Assembly: GCA_963751455.1 (NCBI GenBank) | Contig: CAVVUN010000009.1 | Coordinates: 352,001-416,000, forward strand | Length of the DNA stretch: 64,000 nucleotides | Direction of reading: 5' to 3' | From: Nitrospirota bacterium | Lineage (GTDB): Bacteria; Nitrospirota; UBA9217 | Part shown: positions 29,109-41,377 of the stretch, in pieces | Numbering within the stretch: position 1 is the stretch's first letter | Layout of the letters: every line of letters begins with the position of its first letter | Position numbers and translations under genes: made by a program | The notes under the pieces: generated by a model | What the model was told of the DNA's origin: nothing | Database searches by the model: none | The model's input: only the letters and a program-made list of their open reading frames with translations

Positions 29109-29947
29109 GTTGATCCTCGTAGATAGACATCAAATAATTAATTAACCCATATAGCTCGAGTAACAATTCCCCTTATCTGTTATGCAAGAGCAATATCATG
29201 ACCTTTAAAACAACCCATTTATTCAATAGGATATCAGCATAAAGAGTTTGAGGTTAATGAGATTGTGTCGGCGGGAAACAAGAAATATCGAAGTGCAAGC
29301 CGCACCCAGATAATGTTTGATTCCGACAGATACACTTTAGAACATTCAGATTCTGAACTTAGGAGTTGATTCAAGGCAGGGCACTAATTATTTGCGAAAA
29401 AACATGACATTTTACGCATTTTTTTTCAATAAGTTAAAATGTTTTATGCAGATTTATAGCTTTATAAGAAAAAAAAGGGAAAGTTGTTTTTCTTTTGAGA
29501 TGTAATCTTCTCCAACATTTCTAAGAAAGTTCTGTGGCTCTTTGTTTAATTCACTCCGCCGACGACACACTCCGTACTGTTTCTTTACCTGTTGCCACAT
29601 ACTCTCAGCGATGGTACCCAAATATCGATTTAAGGCATAAAAACCCTTTACTTTAACGACATTAAGTATTATAATCCGTCTCTGTTTACTGATACTTATA
29701 CCGCAGTCATGGACTTTGACAACACAAAACTCATAAACATAGTTACAGTTGGTTATTTTTGTATTGTTATCATATTTCTAACAAAATAAAATATGTCCTT
29801 CCGTTTAAGTGAAAAACTCATCAATAAGGATAAAAACAGCAGAATCCGCTCCCCTCTTCCCCGGATTATTCCTAGCCTATTGACAATGTAAAGAGCAAGC
29901 TGCTGTTTCTTCGTTATACAAGAAACCAGGACATTCAGAGGTGAATA

Positions 29948-31087
29948 TTGCTGAAGGTTTTATCAGTTTTTGGAACCCGTCCCGAAGCCATCAAAATGGC
30001 GCCGGTCGTCAAGGAACTCCAAAAATTCCCGGCGCGCTTTAAAAGCTTGGTATGCGTTACCGCCCAGCACCGCCAAATGCTTGATCAGGTTCTCAATTTA
30101 TTCCAGGTTAAACCTGATTATGATTTGGACATCATGAAGCCAGGGCAGAATTTATTCAATGTGACCTGTGATGTGCTCCATGGACTCAAAGCGGTCCTTG
30201 AAAAAGAACGTCCCGATATCGTTCTTGTTCACGGAGATACAACTACAACCATGGCAGCAAGCTTGGCCGCGTACTATTGTAAAACCAAGATCGGTCACGT
30301 GGAGGCAGGACTACGGACGAAAAACAAGTATGCACCATTTCCCGAAGAATTGAACCGGAAGTTGACAGGCGTTCTTGCTGATTTGCATTTCGCTCCTACT
30401 GATAAGGCAAAAGACAACCTCTTGCGTGAAGGTGTGCTTTCGGAATCTATTTTCGTGACCGGCAATACCGTTATCGATGCGCTTATGTTCATAGCAGCTA
30501 TGATCAAACACGATCTCAATCTTAAGCAGCAGCTCGATCGGGAATTTTCATTCCTTAACCGTGACAAGAGGCTTATCCTTGTCACCGGCCACCGACGTGA
30601 AAATTTTGGAAACGGATTTGAAAATATCTGTCTGTCATTGGCGGATATCGCGGAGAAGCATCTTGATGTAGAAATTCTTTTCCCTGTGCACTTAAATCCT
30701 AATGTTCAAGAACCTGTAAACCGGATCCTCGGGAAAAAGGGATTAAACAACATTCACCTCATCGGGCCTGTTGACTATCTACCGTTTGTGTATCTGATGG
30801 ACCGTTCCTACCTCATTGTCACCGATTCCGGCGGAGTCCAGGAAGAAGCACCTTCATTAGGAAAACCTGTTTTAGTGATGAGGAATGCTACTGAACGACC
30901 AGAAGCGATAGAGGCCGGTACCGTCAAGCTGGTTGGAGCGGAAAGAAAGATGATTGTTGATCAAATATCATTACTTTTGCATAACCTGCACATCCATCAA
31001 ACTATGAGTATGGCGCACAATCCTTATGGAGATGGCAAAGCTGCGTCAAGAATCATCACCCATCTTGAAAGACCCATCTACATATGA
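29948..31087 (+). CDS. wecB: UDP-N-acetylglucosamine 2-epimerase (non-hydrolysing)
   Basis: [27 protein letters not shown] and [16 protein letters not shown] motifs. Confidence 0.96.
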   Translation: MLKVLSVFGTRPEAIKMAPVVKELQKFPARFKSLVCVTAQHRQMLDQVLNLFQVKPDYDLDIMKPGQNLFNVTCDVLHGLKAVLEKERPDIVLVHGDTTTTMAASLAAYYCKTKIGHVEAGLRTKNKYAPFPEELNRKLTGVLADLHFAPTDKAKDNLLREGVLSESIFVTGNTVIDALMFIAAMIKHDLNLKQQLDREFSFLNRDKRLILVTGHRRENFGNGFENICLSLADIAEKHLDVEILFPVHLNPNVQEPVNRILGKKGLNNIHLIGPVDYLPFVYLMDRSYLIVTDSGGVQEEAPSLGKPVLVMRNATERPEAIEAGTVKLVGAERKMIVDQISLLLHNLHIHQTMSMAHNPYGDGKAASRIITHLERPIYI

Positions 31088-32607
31088 ATGATATGCCTTC
31101 CGATGAAATGAAATTAACCAGTGGACGCTTGCTTGCGAACAATGTTCTTTGGAATTTATTTGGTCGTATTGCCCCGCTGATTACCGCGGTTGTTTCAATT
31201 CCGCTGCTAATCAGTAACCTCGGTATAGAACGATTTGGCATTTTGACTTTAGTTTGGATGATAATCGGCTACTTCAGCTTCTTTGATCTTGGTCTTGGAA
31301 GAGCTTTAACGAAACTCATCTCGGAGCGAATCGGAAAGAACCAAAAAACAGATTTGCCCTCGCTTATCTGGACCGGCTTATTACTCATGTTAATCTTGGG
31401 GATGATCGGCGGAGTCATAAGTGCGATTTTATCTTCATGGCTTGTAAATAGTGCGTTGAAAATTCCTCTCTTATTGCGCATCGAAGCACAAACAGTATTT
31501 TATTTACTTTCTTTTTCCATACCGATTGTTATTACTGGGACTGGATTGAGGGGTATCTTGGAAGCATACCAGCGTTTTGCTCTTGTTAACTCAATCAATA
31601 TCCCGATGGGAATGTTCAGTTTCTTAGCTCCTTTACTGGTCTTACCTTTTTCGAAAAGTCTCGTTCCAATAGTAGTGATACTAGTATTTGGACGATTAGC
31701 AGGCTGGGGCATTTACTTATATTATTGTTACTCCATAATACCCGAAATGCGTCTTGGCGTTTTACTGGAAAAAAAGATGCTCAGCTTATTAATCCGATTC
31801 GGGGGATGGTTGACTGTGACGAACGTTATCGGTCCATTCATGGTCTATTTGGATAGATTCATGATTGGTGCATTTGTTTCCATGGCTTCTCTAGCGTATT
31901 ACACAACACCGTATGAGGTTGTTACAAAATTATGGATCATCCCCGGCGCTATGGTCGGCGTTCTGTTTCCTGCTTTTGCCATGAGTTTTACACAGGATCG
32001 TAATCGAATGACCGCGCTTTTCGTCAAGTCAGTAAAATATATTTTCGTCATTTTTTTTCCAATAACGTTGATTATCGTATCATTAGCACACAATATTCTC
32101 AATCTTTGGCTGGGAGCTGAATTTGCGAATAATAGCACACCAATACTTCAATGGTTAGCAGTAGGTGTTTTTATAAACAGCATAGGGCAAATACCGTACA
32201 CTATGATACAAAGCACCGGGAGGCCGGACTTTACCGCAAAGCTCCATCTTGTTGAATTGCCGATCTATTTGCTGATGCTGTGGTTTATGTTAAGCAAGTT
32301 CGGTATAATAGGCGCCGCAATTGCGTGGACAGTGCGCGTCAGCATCGACACTATGCTACTATTCCGCCTGGCACAATTATTTTTATCTCCAGATATATTT
32401 ATCCATCATGTAAAAAAAGTTGCCTTTGGTGCCTTTATATCTTTCTCTCTTATTTATATATCGACCCTGATGAATGAGATGTTATTGGTTAAAGTGTTGT
32501 TTCTAATGTTCGTACTCATTCTATCTGCGGTAATTTCCTGGTTTATGATTCTATCGCCTGATGAACGAAAATTTGCCCAAACCTGGGGGAGTCTGATTCG
32601 ATCATGA
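31084..32607 (+). CDS. wzx: Polysaccharide flippase
   Basis: Many TM segments; [12 protein letters not shown] and YLDRFMIG motifs; cluster context. Confidence 0.88.
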   Translation: MNDMPSDEMKLTSGRLLANNVLWNLFGRIAPLITAVVSIPLLISNLGIERFGILTLVWMIIGYFSFFDLGLGRALTKLISERIGKNQKTDLPSLIWTGLLLMLILGMIGGVISAILSSWLVNSALKIPLLLRIEAQTVFYLLSFSIPIVITGTGLRGILEAYQRFALVNSINIPMGMFSFLAPLLVLPFSKSLVPIVVILVFGRLAGWGIYLYYCYSIIPEMRLGVLLEKKMLSLLIRFGGWLTVTNVIGPFMVYLDRFMIGAFVSMASLAYYTTPYEVVTKLWIIPGAMVGVLFPAFAMSFTQDRNRMTALFVKSVKYIFVIFFPITLIIVSLAHNILNLWLGAEFANNSTPILQWLAVGVFINSIGQIPYTMIQSTGRPDFTAKLHLVELPIYLLMLWFMLSKFGIIGAAIAWTVRVSIDTMLLFRLAQLFLSPDIFIHHVKKVAFGAFISFSLIYISTLMNEMLLVKVLFLMFVLILSAVISWFMILSPDERKFAQTWGSLIRS

Positions 32608-33614
32608 AAAATATGACTACAAAAGATGAGCATGATATAGAAATAGGGGCACATTCCTGCCCCAACTGCAATTTATGCAATTCAAACGGGGATTTTCTGT
32701 ATCAAGCATTAAAGGAGCGATTATATGAAGTTCCCGGAAGCTGGAATTTCAGAAAATGCTCTAACCCGGAATGTGGGTTAGTATGGCTCGATCCGATGCC
32801 CTTTGAAAAAGAAATTGGTAAGGCTTACAGAACTTACTTCACGCATACTGATAGAGAGAATTCAAAAAACCGCTTCGAAGTCAATAAATTAATTATGACT
32901 CTTTTGAGACGATCTTTTTATATTCTGTCAGGGGCATTGTCTCTACGGAGGATGCGGTCAGACTTAGTTAATATGTACCTTCCAAAAACAACAGGTAAAT
33001 TATTAGAAGTAGGGTGTGGAGACGGTTTCAGGTTGGCACGAATTCGTAATTCGGGTTGGGCGGTAGAAGGTCAGGAGGTCGATCCTAATGCAGCCAAGAA
33101 TGCATCGGAGACATATGGACTTTCTGTACATTTGGGCAAATTAGAGCAGCTTGCCTTGCCGGGCAACTCGTATGACGCCATTGTCATGGTACATGTAATT
33201 GAACATATTTATGATCCATTATTGTTCCTCAAAGAGTGTTATCGCCTTTTGAAGCCGAGCGGTTGTCTAGTGTGTGTCACCCCCAACATCGAGAGCTACG
33301 GACATAACCATTTTAAGTCATCGTGGCTTCACTTGGATCCACCAAGACACATTTGGTTATTCTCTCTTAAGTCTATGGGTATGCTTCTTAAAAGACTGCC
33401 CTTTAAACAAAAAGACATTTTTACAACACCTGCAAATGCGGAACAAACATATTCAGGCAGCATGAGTATTAAATATACGGGAAGACATCAGTTCAATGAA
33501 CAGTTCAAATGGGATACGGCAATTCGCGAAATACTGTTCCAGCGAAGAGCATTGGCCAGCCATAAGAAGGACAACAGATCTGGAGAAGAAATCATCGTAA
33601 TACTAAGAAAATGA
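32604..33614 (+). CDS. Class I SAM-dependent methyltransferase with N-terminal Cys motifs
   Basis: CxxC motifs; LLEVGCGDG, HVIEH and LDPPRH. Confidence 0.85.
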   Translation: MKNMTTKDEHDIEIGAHSCPNCNLCNSNGDFLYQALKERLYEVPGSWNFRKCSNPECGLVWLDPMPFEKEIGKAYRTYFTHTDRENSKNRFEVNKLIMTLLRRSFYILSGALSLRRMRSDLVNMYLPKTTGKLLEVGCGDGFRLARIRNSGWAVEGQEVDPNAAKNASETYGLSVHLGKLEQLALPGNSYDAIVMVHVIEHIYDPLLFLKECYRLLKPSGCLVCVTPNIESYGHNHFKSSWLHLDPPRHIWLFSLKSMGMLLKRLPFKQKDIFTTPANAEQTYSGSMSIKYTGRHQFNEQFKWDTAIREILFQRRALASHKKDNRSGEEIIVILRK

Positions 33615-34603
33615 TACGTGTCCCTTTAAAAAAACATATTATATCCATAGCACTTGCCACATATAATGGCGAACGTTATCTCCATGAACAACTCATGAGT
33701 TTTACATTCCAAACTCGTCTGCCTGATCAGCTTGTCATCTGCGATGACTGTTCTACGGATAAAACTATAAGTATTTTAGAGTCGTTCGCAGGGTCTGCCC
33801 CGTTTCCCACAATAATTTATCAAAATAAAAGTAAATTGGGAACTGGTGCAAATTTTGGAAAGGCAATAAACTTATGTGATGGAGATATTGTCGCCTTTTC
33901 CGATCAGGACGATGTCTGGCTGCCGAATAAATTGGAGAAAATTGAACAGGCATTTAACGATCAGCCCTTGATTAGTTATGTAATCTCCGATGCAATGGTA
34001 GTTGATGAAAGACTAATTTCAGTTGGTTACACCCTTTGGGATCAAAGAAAATTTACCAACTATTGGCAAGCCCAGTTTGGGAAAGGCAATGAATTAGAAG
34101 TGTTTCTTAGATTGAATATTACTACAGGGATGGCTACTGCAATTCGATCCGATTTACGGCTTTTCGGCCCACCGCCGAATTCCGTTAATCATGATGCATG
34201 GTATATACCGTTAGCTGCGATATTCAATCATCATGGTTCGCTAATAAAAGAACCACTGATAAAATATCGGCAGCACACAAAGCAACAATACGGCGCCTTA
34301 AAAACGCCATTTAAGAAAAGAATAATATCGGCATTTAAAAATAATATGTCAGCTATATCGCGGGATATCAAACTACTGGAATCACTGATAGCTTATTCGG
34401 AACGTAAATGCAGTGACGGGAAAACGGATAACCCGTTCATTTATCGGCTTCAAGATAAGCTGACTCATTTATATGTAAGAAATGAAATTAATACTATTTC
34501 TCCGTGGTTACGGCCATTAAAAATTTATAGTGAACTGAGACTTCAGCGTTATTTTAAATACGGCTCATGGAAAAATATTATTACGGATGTGCTGTCTTAT
34601 TAA
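33611..34603 (+). CDS. Glycosyltransferase family 2 (rhamnosyltransferase-like)
   Basis: IALATYNGERYL, DDCSTD, FSDQDDVW, HD.W and YRQH motifs. Confidence 0.9.
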   Translation: MIRVPLKKHIISIALATYNGERYLHEQLMSFTFQTRLPDQLVICDDCSTDKTISILESFAGSAPFPTIIYQNKSKLGTGANFGKAINLCDGDIVAFSDQDDVWLPNKLEKIEQAFNDQPLISYVISDAMVVDERLISVGYTLWDQRKFTNYWQAQFGKGNELEVFLRLNITTGMATAIRSDLRLFGPPPNSVNHDAWYIPLAAIFNHHGSLIKEPLIKYRQHTKQQYGALKTPFKKRIISAFKNNMSAISRDIKLLESLIAYSERKCSDGKTDNPFIYRLQDKLTHLYVRNEINTISPWLRPLKIYSELRLQRYFKYGSWKNIITDVLSY

Positions 34604-34627
34604 GGACCTGAGTATTGCACCGCAATT

Positions 34628-35896
34628 ATGAGAAAAACGATCATAACTGTAATCTGCTTAATTGAAATTGTATTTATGTCCCCAAGAACATTTTCCTATA
34701 TAGTAATTGATCTTTTGCCGTACCGTATTTTTTCATTGCCACTGATAACTTTTTCTTTTCTCATAACCATATCAGGATATTTAGTAATAGAATTACTCTC
34801 ACATCGCTATTTACTAAATAGATTAATCAAGTTTAGAATTGCAATTCTTGTTTGGTTTTTTTTTATAACTATTTCTGCTCTTAGGAGTCCTCTTCGTGAC
34901 GTTGTTTTTGAGAGTCAAGGCTTGATAATATTCATGGTGAACGTTATCATATTCGCGAGTGCAAGTATCTATTTAGATAAGAAGCGAAAAACATTGATAT
35001 GGGGGATCTTTTTATCGATTGCAATAACAATATTCATTCTCAATTTCATTCTGTTAACGAACCCGTCACTGCTGCCAACAGGATATGCTCAGGATGATAT
35101 AAGATATGAAGGCCTTTATTCCTCCACACCAATAATGGCACTTGTAGCCATTTCTACAGCATTTATATTTTTGTATAAAAAAATCGTAATTAAATTAACA
35201 GGTGTCGCAGGCATACTTATTTCTATTTCAGGCCTGGTTATGACTGCAACCAGAAGTGCCATGGCAGCATCACTGCTTACATTTGCTGTTGTGGTTTTTT
35301 ATTCCGTAAGAACTCACAAATCTTTTAACAATATTCTGCTAAGCCTCATACCGATATTACTTGTAATGTTGCTATTAATAGCGAATATAGGTAGATGGTT
35401 CCCGATGGTGGAAGGGAATATTGATTATGTAATTTCTAGATTCAGTATGTTGGGAGAATCACATTCTGATCAGTCCAGATTGGATGAAGCTTTACAGGAG
35501 ATTGGCTTGTTTATTGAGTCACCGCTAATCGGACACGGCTACGGTCTTTTAAATAAATATTCTGTTGAGGGATGGGGAACAGAGATGTTCGGTCATAATT
35601 TTTTTACAAGTCTTCTTGCGAGAACCGGTCTGATTGGATTGATTGTCATTATTTGGTATGGTTTCAACTTGTATCGTAAATTGGCAACTACCAGGAATAT
35701 TTCTAGTGTCCAGGAAGGAATCATTGCTAAAGGTGCCTTGGCAGGTGCTCTTTTTTTGATCCTGATCAGCAATTTCAGTGGATTTCAAACATTCGGAATA
35801 TACGGGGCGCTCGCAGGGATTGCCTGTGGGGTAAGTATTGATCGTAAATTTCATGCTTCTAATAATTGTACTGATATCGGATATGAACATATCTAA
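34628..35896 (+). CDS. O-antigen polymerase/ligase (Wzy_C family) membrane protein
   Basis: Polytopic; T.TRS motif; SPLIGHGYG...HN.F..LL..TGLIG. Confidence 0.75.
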   Translation: MRKTIITVICLIEIVFMSPRTFSYIVIDLLPYRIFSLPLITFSFLITISGYLVIELLSHRYLLNRLIKFRIAILVWFFFITISALRSPLRDVVFESQGLIIFMVNVIIFASASIYLDKKRKTLIWGIFLSIAITIFILNFILLTNPSLLPTGYAQDDIRYEGLYSSTPIMALVAISTAFIFLYKKIVIKLTGVAGILISISGLVMTATRSAMAASLLTFAVVVFYSVRTHKSFNNILLSLIPILLVMLLLIANIGRWFPMVEGNIDYVISRFSMLGESHSDQSRLDEALQEIGLFIESPLIGHGYGLLNKYSVEGWGTEMFGHNFFTSLLARTGLIGLIVIIWYGFNLYRKLATTRNISSVQEGIIAKGALAGALFLILISNFSGFQTFGIYGALAGIACGVSIDRKFHASNNCTDIGYEHI

Positions 35897-36650
35897 AATT
35901 TATAAAGCAATAAAAAACATAAGGCATCATACTCTGGGTAGATGTAATATTTGCGGTAACTATACGGTTTTCATATGTAGTAATATCCTGACCGCACGCA
36001 ACAATATGATGTGCCTTTTTTGCGGCTCTTCATCCAGAAAGAGACACGTTGCATCGTTGATTATTGACAAGCTATTCAGAGATATAAAGTCTATTTCCCA
36101 GATTGCGAGCATAAATACTAATATACATATTTATAATGTCGCACTTGACGATCCTTTTTCGAAATATCTAAGCAAATATAAATATTATTATTCGTCAGAA
36201 TATTTGCCTGGTATTACACCTGGATCGGAGATCAGAAATAAAGTTTATTGCCAAAATGTCGAAGAAACAACATTCGATAGCGCTGCCTTTGATCTTGTAA
36301 TAACAGAAGATGTATTTGAACATGTAAGGAATTGCAAAAAGGGATTCTTAGAGATTCATCGGATACTGAAGCCTGGTGGATATCACATTTTTACTGTTCC
36401 ATGCTATTTTGACAGGAAAACCATAGTGCGCGTAGATACTTCCGGTGAAATAGATGTAAATCTTCTTCCTGCTGAATATCACGGGGATCCAGTACGAGGC
36501 AACATATTAGCATACAGAACCTTTGGCATTGATATTTTTGGAGTCTTGAAAACATACGGCTTTAGTACAGAATTGTTCATATCGAAATATATTGATAAAA
36601 ACATAGGAATTTTTGACAGTTATGTGTTTGTTTCAAAAAAATTAGAGTGA
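35883..36650 (+). CDS. SAM-dependent methyltransferase with N-terminal CxxC motifs
   Basis: CNICG..CLFCGS..R.R and FDLVITEDVFEHV..EIHRILKPGG motifs. Confidence 0.8.
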   Translation: MNISKIYKAIKNIRHHTLGRCNICGNYTVFICSNILTARNNMMCLFCGSSSRKRHVASLIIDKLFRDIKSISQIASINTNIHIYNVALDDPFSKYLSKYKYYYSSEYLPGITPGSEIRNKVYCQNVEETTFDSAAFDLVITEDVFEHVRNCKKGFLEIHRILKPGGYHIFTVPCYFDRKTIVRVDTSGEIDVNLLPAEYHGDPVRGNILAYRTFGIDIFGVLKTYGFSTELFISKYIDKNIGIFDSYVFVSKKLE

Positions 36651-36659
36651 GCTTTATCT

Positions 36660-37802
36660 TTGAAAGGAATTAATCGAATTATGAAGGTTATATTCGCATT
36701 GGAAATGCCCCCGCTTCGCAATAGCGTAAAAGGCAGACGAGAACAAATATTTGAAAAATTATCAAAAGAATATAAGATTGTCCAGTTTTCGAAAATGGAA
36801 AACATATTATCGATCCTCAAAAATCACCCTAAAGAAGTTTTTAATAAATTGAAGTTAACAATTGATTTGCATAATAATAATTTAGTTCATGTAGAGCTGC
36901 CCGCTATATTTTTACCAGCTGCCAATATCTTCAGGTTCATCAATAAAGTTAACAATGTTATTTTGGGTATTTTAATACGATATGTTCAAAGCAAATCTGA
37001 AATCGGCAAAGTCGATATATGGTGGGTAGGCTATCCTTTTGCGGTTGATTACGTAAGAAACAAATCAAATATTGTGTATGATTGTTTTGATGAGCACCTG
37101 GGTTGGAAGGGTTATTATCTGAAAAGTACAGTTCGTAAGATCGAAGAAGACTTATTGCAATTGGCTGATTTCTGCATTTTCAGCGCGTCGAAGCTGCTTG
37201 AAAATAAAGGAGGATATGCCAATAAATCTTTTTTGGTTCTTAACGGAGCCGATTATGATTACTTTTATATATCACCGGATAAATCACATAATAATAACAA
37301 AATCGTTTTGTATTCCGGAGTTATTTCTCATTGGTTTGACATTGAACTTGCTGAGTATTGCATCCATAACATGCCGGAATTTACATTTTGGTTTGTAGGC
37401 CCCGACCGTGGAGGGTATCTTAAGCGCGTATCTAAACTGCCTAATGTAAAATATTTTGGACTTGTTGAATATAATAAACTGGCAAAATATTATCATGAAT
37501 CAGGCGTATGTATTATTCCATTCAAGGTTGACAACCTTATCGAGAGCACAAACCCCATTAAGCTTTATGAATATTTGTCCGCTGGTAAGCCGGTTGTGAC
37601 CACAAAATTTCGAGAAGCAGAAAAATATAGATCTGTAGTATATATTGCTGATGACAGGAAGACTTTTTCAAGTTTAATAGTAAAGGCGTTCGAGGAAAAT
37701 GACATAAGCCAAATCATTCAGCGACAAAATATCGGGCAGGCTAATTCCTGGCAAAACAGGGTCGACGAAATTAAAGATGCACTTTTATCATTAACATCGT
37801 AG
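36660..37802 (+). CDS. Glycosyltransferase family 4-like
   Basis: VYDCFD, NGADYDYF and NPIKLYEYLSAGKPVV motifs. Confidence 0.85.
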   Translation: MKGINRIMKVIFALEMPPLRNSVKGRREQIFEKLSKEYKIVQFSKMENILSILKNHPKEVFNKLKLTIDLHNNNLVHVELPAIFLPAANIFRFINKVNNVILGILIRYVQSKSEIGKVDIWWVGYPFAVDYVRNKSNIVYDCFDEHLGWKGYYLKSTVRKIEEDLLQLADFCIFSASKLLENKGGYANKSFLVLNGADYDYFYISPDKSHNNNKIVLYSGVISHWFDIELAEYCIHNMPEFTFWFVGPDRGGYLKRVSKLPNVKYFGLVEYNKLAKYYHESGVCIIPFKVDNLIESTNPIKLYEYLSAGKPVVTTKFREAEKYRSVVYIADDRKTFSSLIVKAFEENDISQIIQRQNIGQANSWQNRVDEIKDALLSLTS

Positions 37803-37842
37803 CTATTTTTTTATTTTTATTTTTTAATAAGGAATGTAAATC

Positions 37843-39099
37843 ATGAATAAGATTGAGCTGATTATTTATAATGTGGTAAAATCAAATCCTAAATTAAAAC
37901 GTGTAATTGTTGAAACTTACCAAAATATGTTGTCATTAATACCCGTCAAAAAGGTTAGCTCTCAGTATCCGATTACCATTCGTGAGCGTTTCTTTTATGG
38001 ATTTCATGATAAATGTCCGTGGTCTTTTGACAATAAATTACTTTTAGCTCATCATTTTAATATTCCTTATAGAAAAACATTGCCGCATGATCAAATAGAA
38101 GTTGGTTACTTTTTCGGTCCTAAATATACAAATTATAAGGTGGTTGGAACAACGCGTGCATGGAGTTGGCAAATGGGTGCCATGCTGCAATGGGTCGGAC
38201 AATCAAACAATATCGCATACAACGATTATGACGGAAAAGACTTGATAACAAAAATCGTTGATATTAACGGTACAGTACAAAAAATACTTTCACGCCCAGT
38301 CGGAGCAATAAGTCCTAATGGCCAATATGGGATTAGTTTTAACTTCAGGCGTTTTGAAACTGGCTTGCCTGGCTATGGATACATCAATGGAGAAGACCAT
38401 GATGCTGATGTTTTAATTCCATCGCGAAAAGGTGATGGCTTATTCATTATTGATGTATCGACAGGTCAAATCCGGGAATTATTTACTGTAGCTGATATAG
38501 CAGCTATTAATCCTCATCCTAGCATGATACATTCACTAAATTTTTTTAGTCACTGCCAATTTTCACCTTCCAATAATAGGTTTGTTTTTTTTCACAGATG
38601 GTTGGAGCATGAAAATCGTTTATGGACACGAATAATTTCCTGTAATTTGGATGGTAAAGATATGCATATATTTCCAACGTCCGGGATGGTATCCCATGTT
38701 GGATGGCGCGATGCTCAACATATTCTTGCTTATGCGAGAACAGATCAATTTGATGATAAATACTATCTCTTTACAGACAAATTGAATGAATACGAAATTA
38801 TCGGGAAGCAAACTTTCAATTCTGACGGGCATCCCCAATATTCACCGGATAAAAGATATATTCTGACAGACACATATCCTGACCGATTTCGGTTACAGAA
38901 TTTAATAATTTATGATACGTATAGCAATAAGCGTTATGACCTTGCACGGCTGAGACTCCCTCTGCAATTTAGGCGAGAGTTGCAAGTTGATCTTCATCCA
39001 AGATGGGATAGATTAGGAAAGATGATTTGTTTTGATTCGGGTCATACAGGCGAAAGATCAATGTGTACCATTAATGTAGATTTAAATAATTTATCATGA
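37843..39099 (+). CDS. Beta-propeller (TolB-like) protein of polysaccharide loci
   Basis: FFYGFHDKCPWS, WSWQMGAMLQW, DGHPQYSPD..TDTYPD and DLHPRW motifs. Confidence 0.6.
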   Translation: MNKIELIIYNVVKSNPKLKRVIVETYQNMLSLIPVKKVSSQYPITIRERFFYGFHDKCPWSFDNKLLLAHHFNIPYRKTLPHDQIEVGYFFGPKYTNYKVVGTTRAWSWQMGAMLQWVGQSNNIAYNDYDGKDLITKIVDINGTVQKILSRPVGAISPNGQYGISFNFRRFETGLPGYGYINGEDHDADVLIPSRKGDGLFIIDVSTGQIRELFTVADIAAINPHPSMIHSLNFFSHCQFSPSNNRFVFFHRWLEHENRLWTRIISCNLDGKDMHIFPTSGMVSHVGWRDAQHILAYARTDQFDDKYYLFTDKLNEYEIIGKQTFNSDGHPQYSPDKRYILTDTYPDRFRLQNLIIYDTYSNKRYDLARLRLPLQFRRELQVDLHPRWDRLGKMICFDSGHTGERSMCTINVDLNNLS

Positions 39100-39980
39100 C
39101 AAAAATCAATAAAATTGCATTAATTGGTGTCAACTATAACTCGGAGACATGTGCTATTCGATTTATTGAGGGCGTGTCAAAATTATTATTAGACGACATA
39201 GAATTCACAATTATACTTATCGATAATACCGAGCGACTCAGTAGTGATGATTTCTTTAGTAAAATACACGCAATAAATAATAATGTGATTTGTATTAAGG
39301 CGCTACGCAACTTGGGATATTTCGGAGGCGCGCGTCTTGGTTTATCAACACTTCTTAAAGATGATGAGTATCCTGATTGGCTTATTGTTACAAATGTTGA
39401 CATAGAATTTAAAGATCGTTATTTTTTACAAATATTAAAAACGTTTAAAGATCATGTTGACAAACCAGGCGTTATTGCGCCTACTATTTGGTCTAATTTT
39501 TCAAAGCGTGATATAAACCCAAAAATCGTTAAAAGACCAAGTAAAAGAAAAATGGAATTTTACACATTGATATTTAGTACTTATTATTCCATGAATTTAT
39601 ACGAATTACTGTCAGCAGCTAAACTAACAATTAGACGCATGTTAAAATATATTTTAAAGAAAATGACCCTTAATTATCATAAAGATTCAACGAATTTAGC
39701 AGATAAATTTCAGGTCATCTATGCTCCTCATGGTTCATGCATCATTTTCTCAAAAGAATATTTTTTATCTGGAGGATCATTAAATTATCCTCAATTCCTT
39801 TTCAATGAAGAAATATTTGTTGCAGAAACAGTTCGTGCATTAGGTCTTAATGTTGTTTATATTCCGAAATTGAAAGTTATTGATGATGAGCATGTCTCTA
39901 CTGGTATTATTCGATCACGTAAAATGTTTTCATATATATCCGATTCTGCATGTTATATTACCAATACCTATTTTAAATAA
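39096..39980 (+). CDS. Glycosyltransferase family 2
   Basis: VNYNS, IDN, NLGYFGG, TNVD, HGSCIIF and FLFNEE motifs. Confidence 0.8.
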   Translation: MTKINKIALIGVNYNSETCAIRFIEGVSKLLLDDIEFTIILIDNTERLSSDDFFSKIHAINNNVICIKALRNLGYFGGARLGLSTLLKDDEYPDWLIVTNVDIEFKDRYFLQILKTFKDHVDKPGVIAPTIWSNFSKRDINPKIVKRPSKRKMEFYTLIFSTYYSMNLYELLSAAKLTIRRMLKYILKKMTLNYHKDSTNLADKFQVIYAPHGSCIIFSKEYFLSGGSLNYPQFLFNEEIFVAETVRALGLNVVYIPKLKVIDDEHVSTGIIRSRKMFSYISDSACYITNTYFK

Positions 39981-39996
39981 TTTTTCTATAAAGCGG

Positions 39997-41332
39997 TATA
40001 GTGGACCCCAATTTTCGGACAATAGTTTAAGATGGTAACCTGCCGTTAAAAAGGAGCAGGTTTTGAGCGAAAAAAAGCGCAAAAATTTCAGCAGTCAGTT
40101 CAAAGCCAAGGTCGCGCTTGAGGCGATCCGAGGTGTCAAGACAGTAACCGAAATTGCCCAGGCGTTCGGCGTACATCCAACGCAAGTGGGGCAATGGAAA
40201 AAGGTTTTGCAAGATCAGGCTGCGGGCATATTTGACACTACGCGCGGTCCCGCGCCGGTAGATCCTGCTGCCAGTTCGGAGCGGCTCTACTCCGAGATCG
40301 GACGGCTGAAGATGGAACTGGACTGGCTTAAAAAAAAGTCCGGGATCAGCCTATAGCGGACCGGCGGCACTGGGTAGATACCAAAAACCCCTTGGCGCTG
40401 ACCAAACAATGCGAACTGGCAGGTGTCAACCGGTCCACTTTCTATGCGCCGCATCTGACTGCCGACCCGGACGAGCTGGAATTGACCCTGCTGAGTGAGA
40501 TTGACGCCGAATACACCCGGCATCCGTTCTACGGCAGCCGCAAAATAACCGTGTACTTGTGCGGCATAGGGCATCAGGTCAACCGAAAACGGATACAGCG
40601 GCTAATGGGCATTCTGGGGCTGGCAGGCATGGCACCGGGACCGAACACCAGCCGCCCCAGCCCGCAGCACATGGTTTATCCATATCTGCTCAGAGGCGTA
40701 TCGGTGACACGACCCAATCAGGTATGGAGCACTGACATCACCTACATCCGCCTGGCGCGGGGATTTGTGTACTTGGTGGCCGTGATCGACTGGTACTCAC
40801 GCAAAGTGCTGGCATGGCGATTATCAAACACGCTCGATAGCAGCTTCTGCGTGGACTGCCTAGAACAGGCATTACAGACATACGGCATCCCCGAGATCTT
40901 CAACACCGATCAGGGCTGCCAGTTCACCTCTGAGGCCTTCACCGGCGTGCTCAAGGCGCACTGCATTAACATCAGCATGGACGGCCGCGGCCGTGCATTG
41001 GACAATATCTTCGTGGAACGGCTATGGCGGAGCGTAAAGCACGAAGACGTATATTTAAAAGGGTACGCCACAGTACCTGAAGCGCAACTGGGGCTGACGA
41101 AATACTTTATGTTCTACAACACGGAAAGAACACATCAATCATTGGACTACAGCACACCGGATGTGATCTATCGAACAGCGAACGGCGGTGGAGCAAGGAT
41201 TGTGGATAAATTCAAAGAGCGAAAAGAACCTCAGGGAGAGGTAGAAACCGGGGCAGCGCCATGCAGCTGCGGCTTGGTCGGTTACCATCTTAATCTCACC
41301 CCTTTATTGTCTTGACAGAGGGGTCCACTTAA
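39997..41332 (+). mobile_element. IS3-family insertion sequence
   Basis: IRs TATAGTGGACCCC / GGGGTCCACTTAA; 3-bp TSD CGG at 39994-39996 and 41333-41335. Confidence 0.9.
40063..41315 (+). CDS. IS3 transposase OrfA/OrfB joined by a programmed -1 frameshift
   Basis: OrfA HTH (FKAKVALEA); A8G slippery site at 40330-40338; OrfB has WSTDITY, NTDQG.QF and DNIFVERLWRSVK. Confidence 0.92.
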
Positions 41333-41377
41333 CGGCTTTTAAAGTAAAACTTATTTCTATAGAGGGAATGTTAATAT

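Noticed and set aside
29109-29947. ncRNA, ops/JUMPstart or sigma54 site in the long AT-rich intergenic region
   Set aside because: No convincing GGCGGTAG element, -24/-12 consensus or stable structure could be identified by eye
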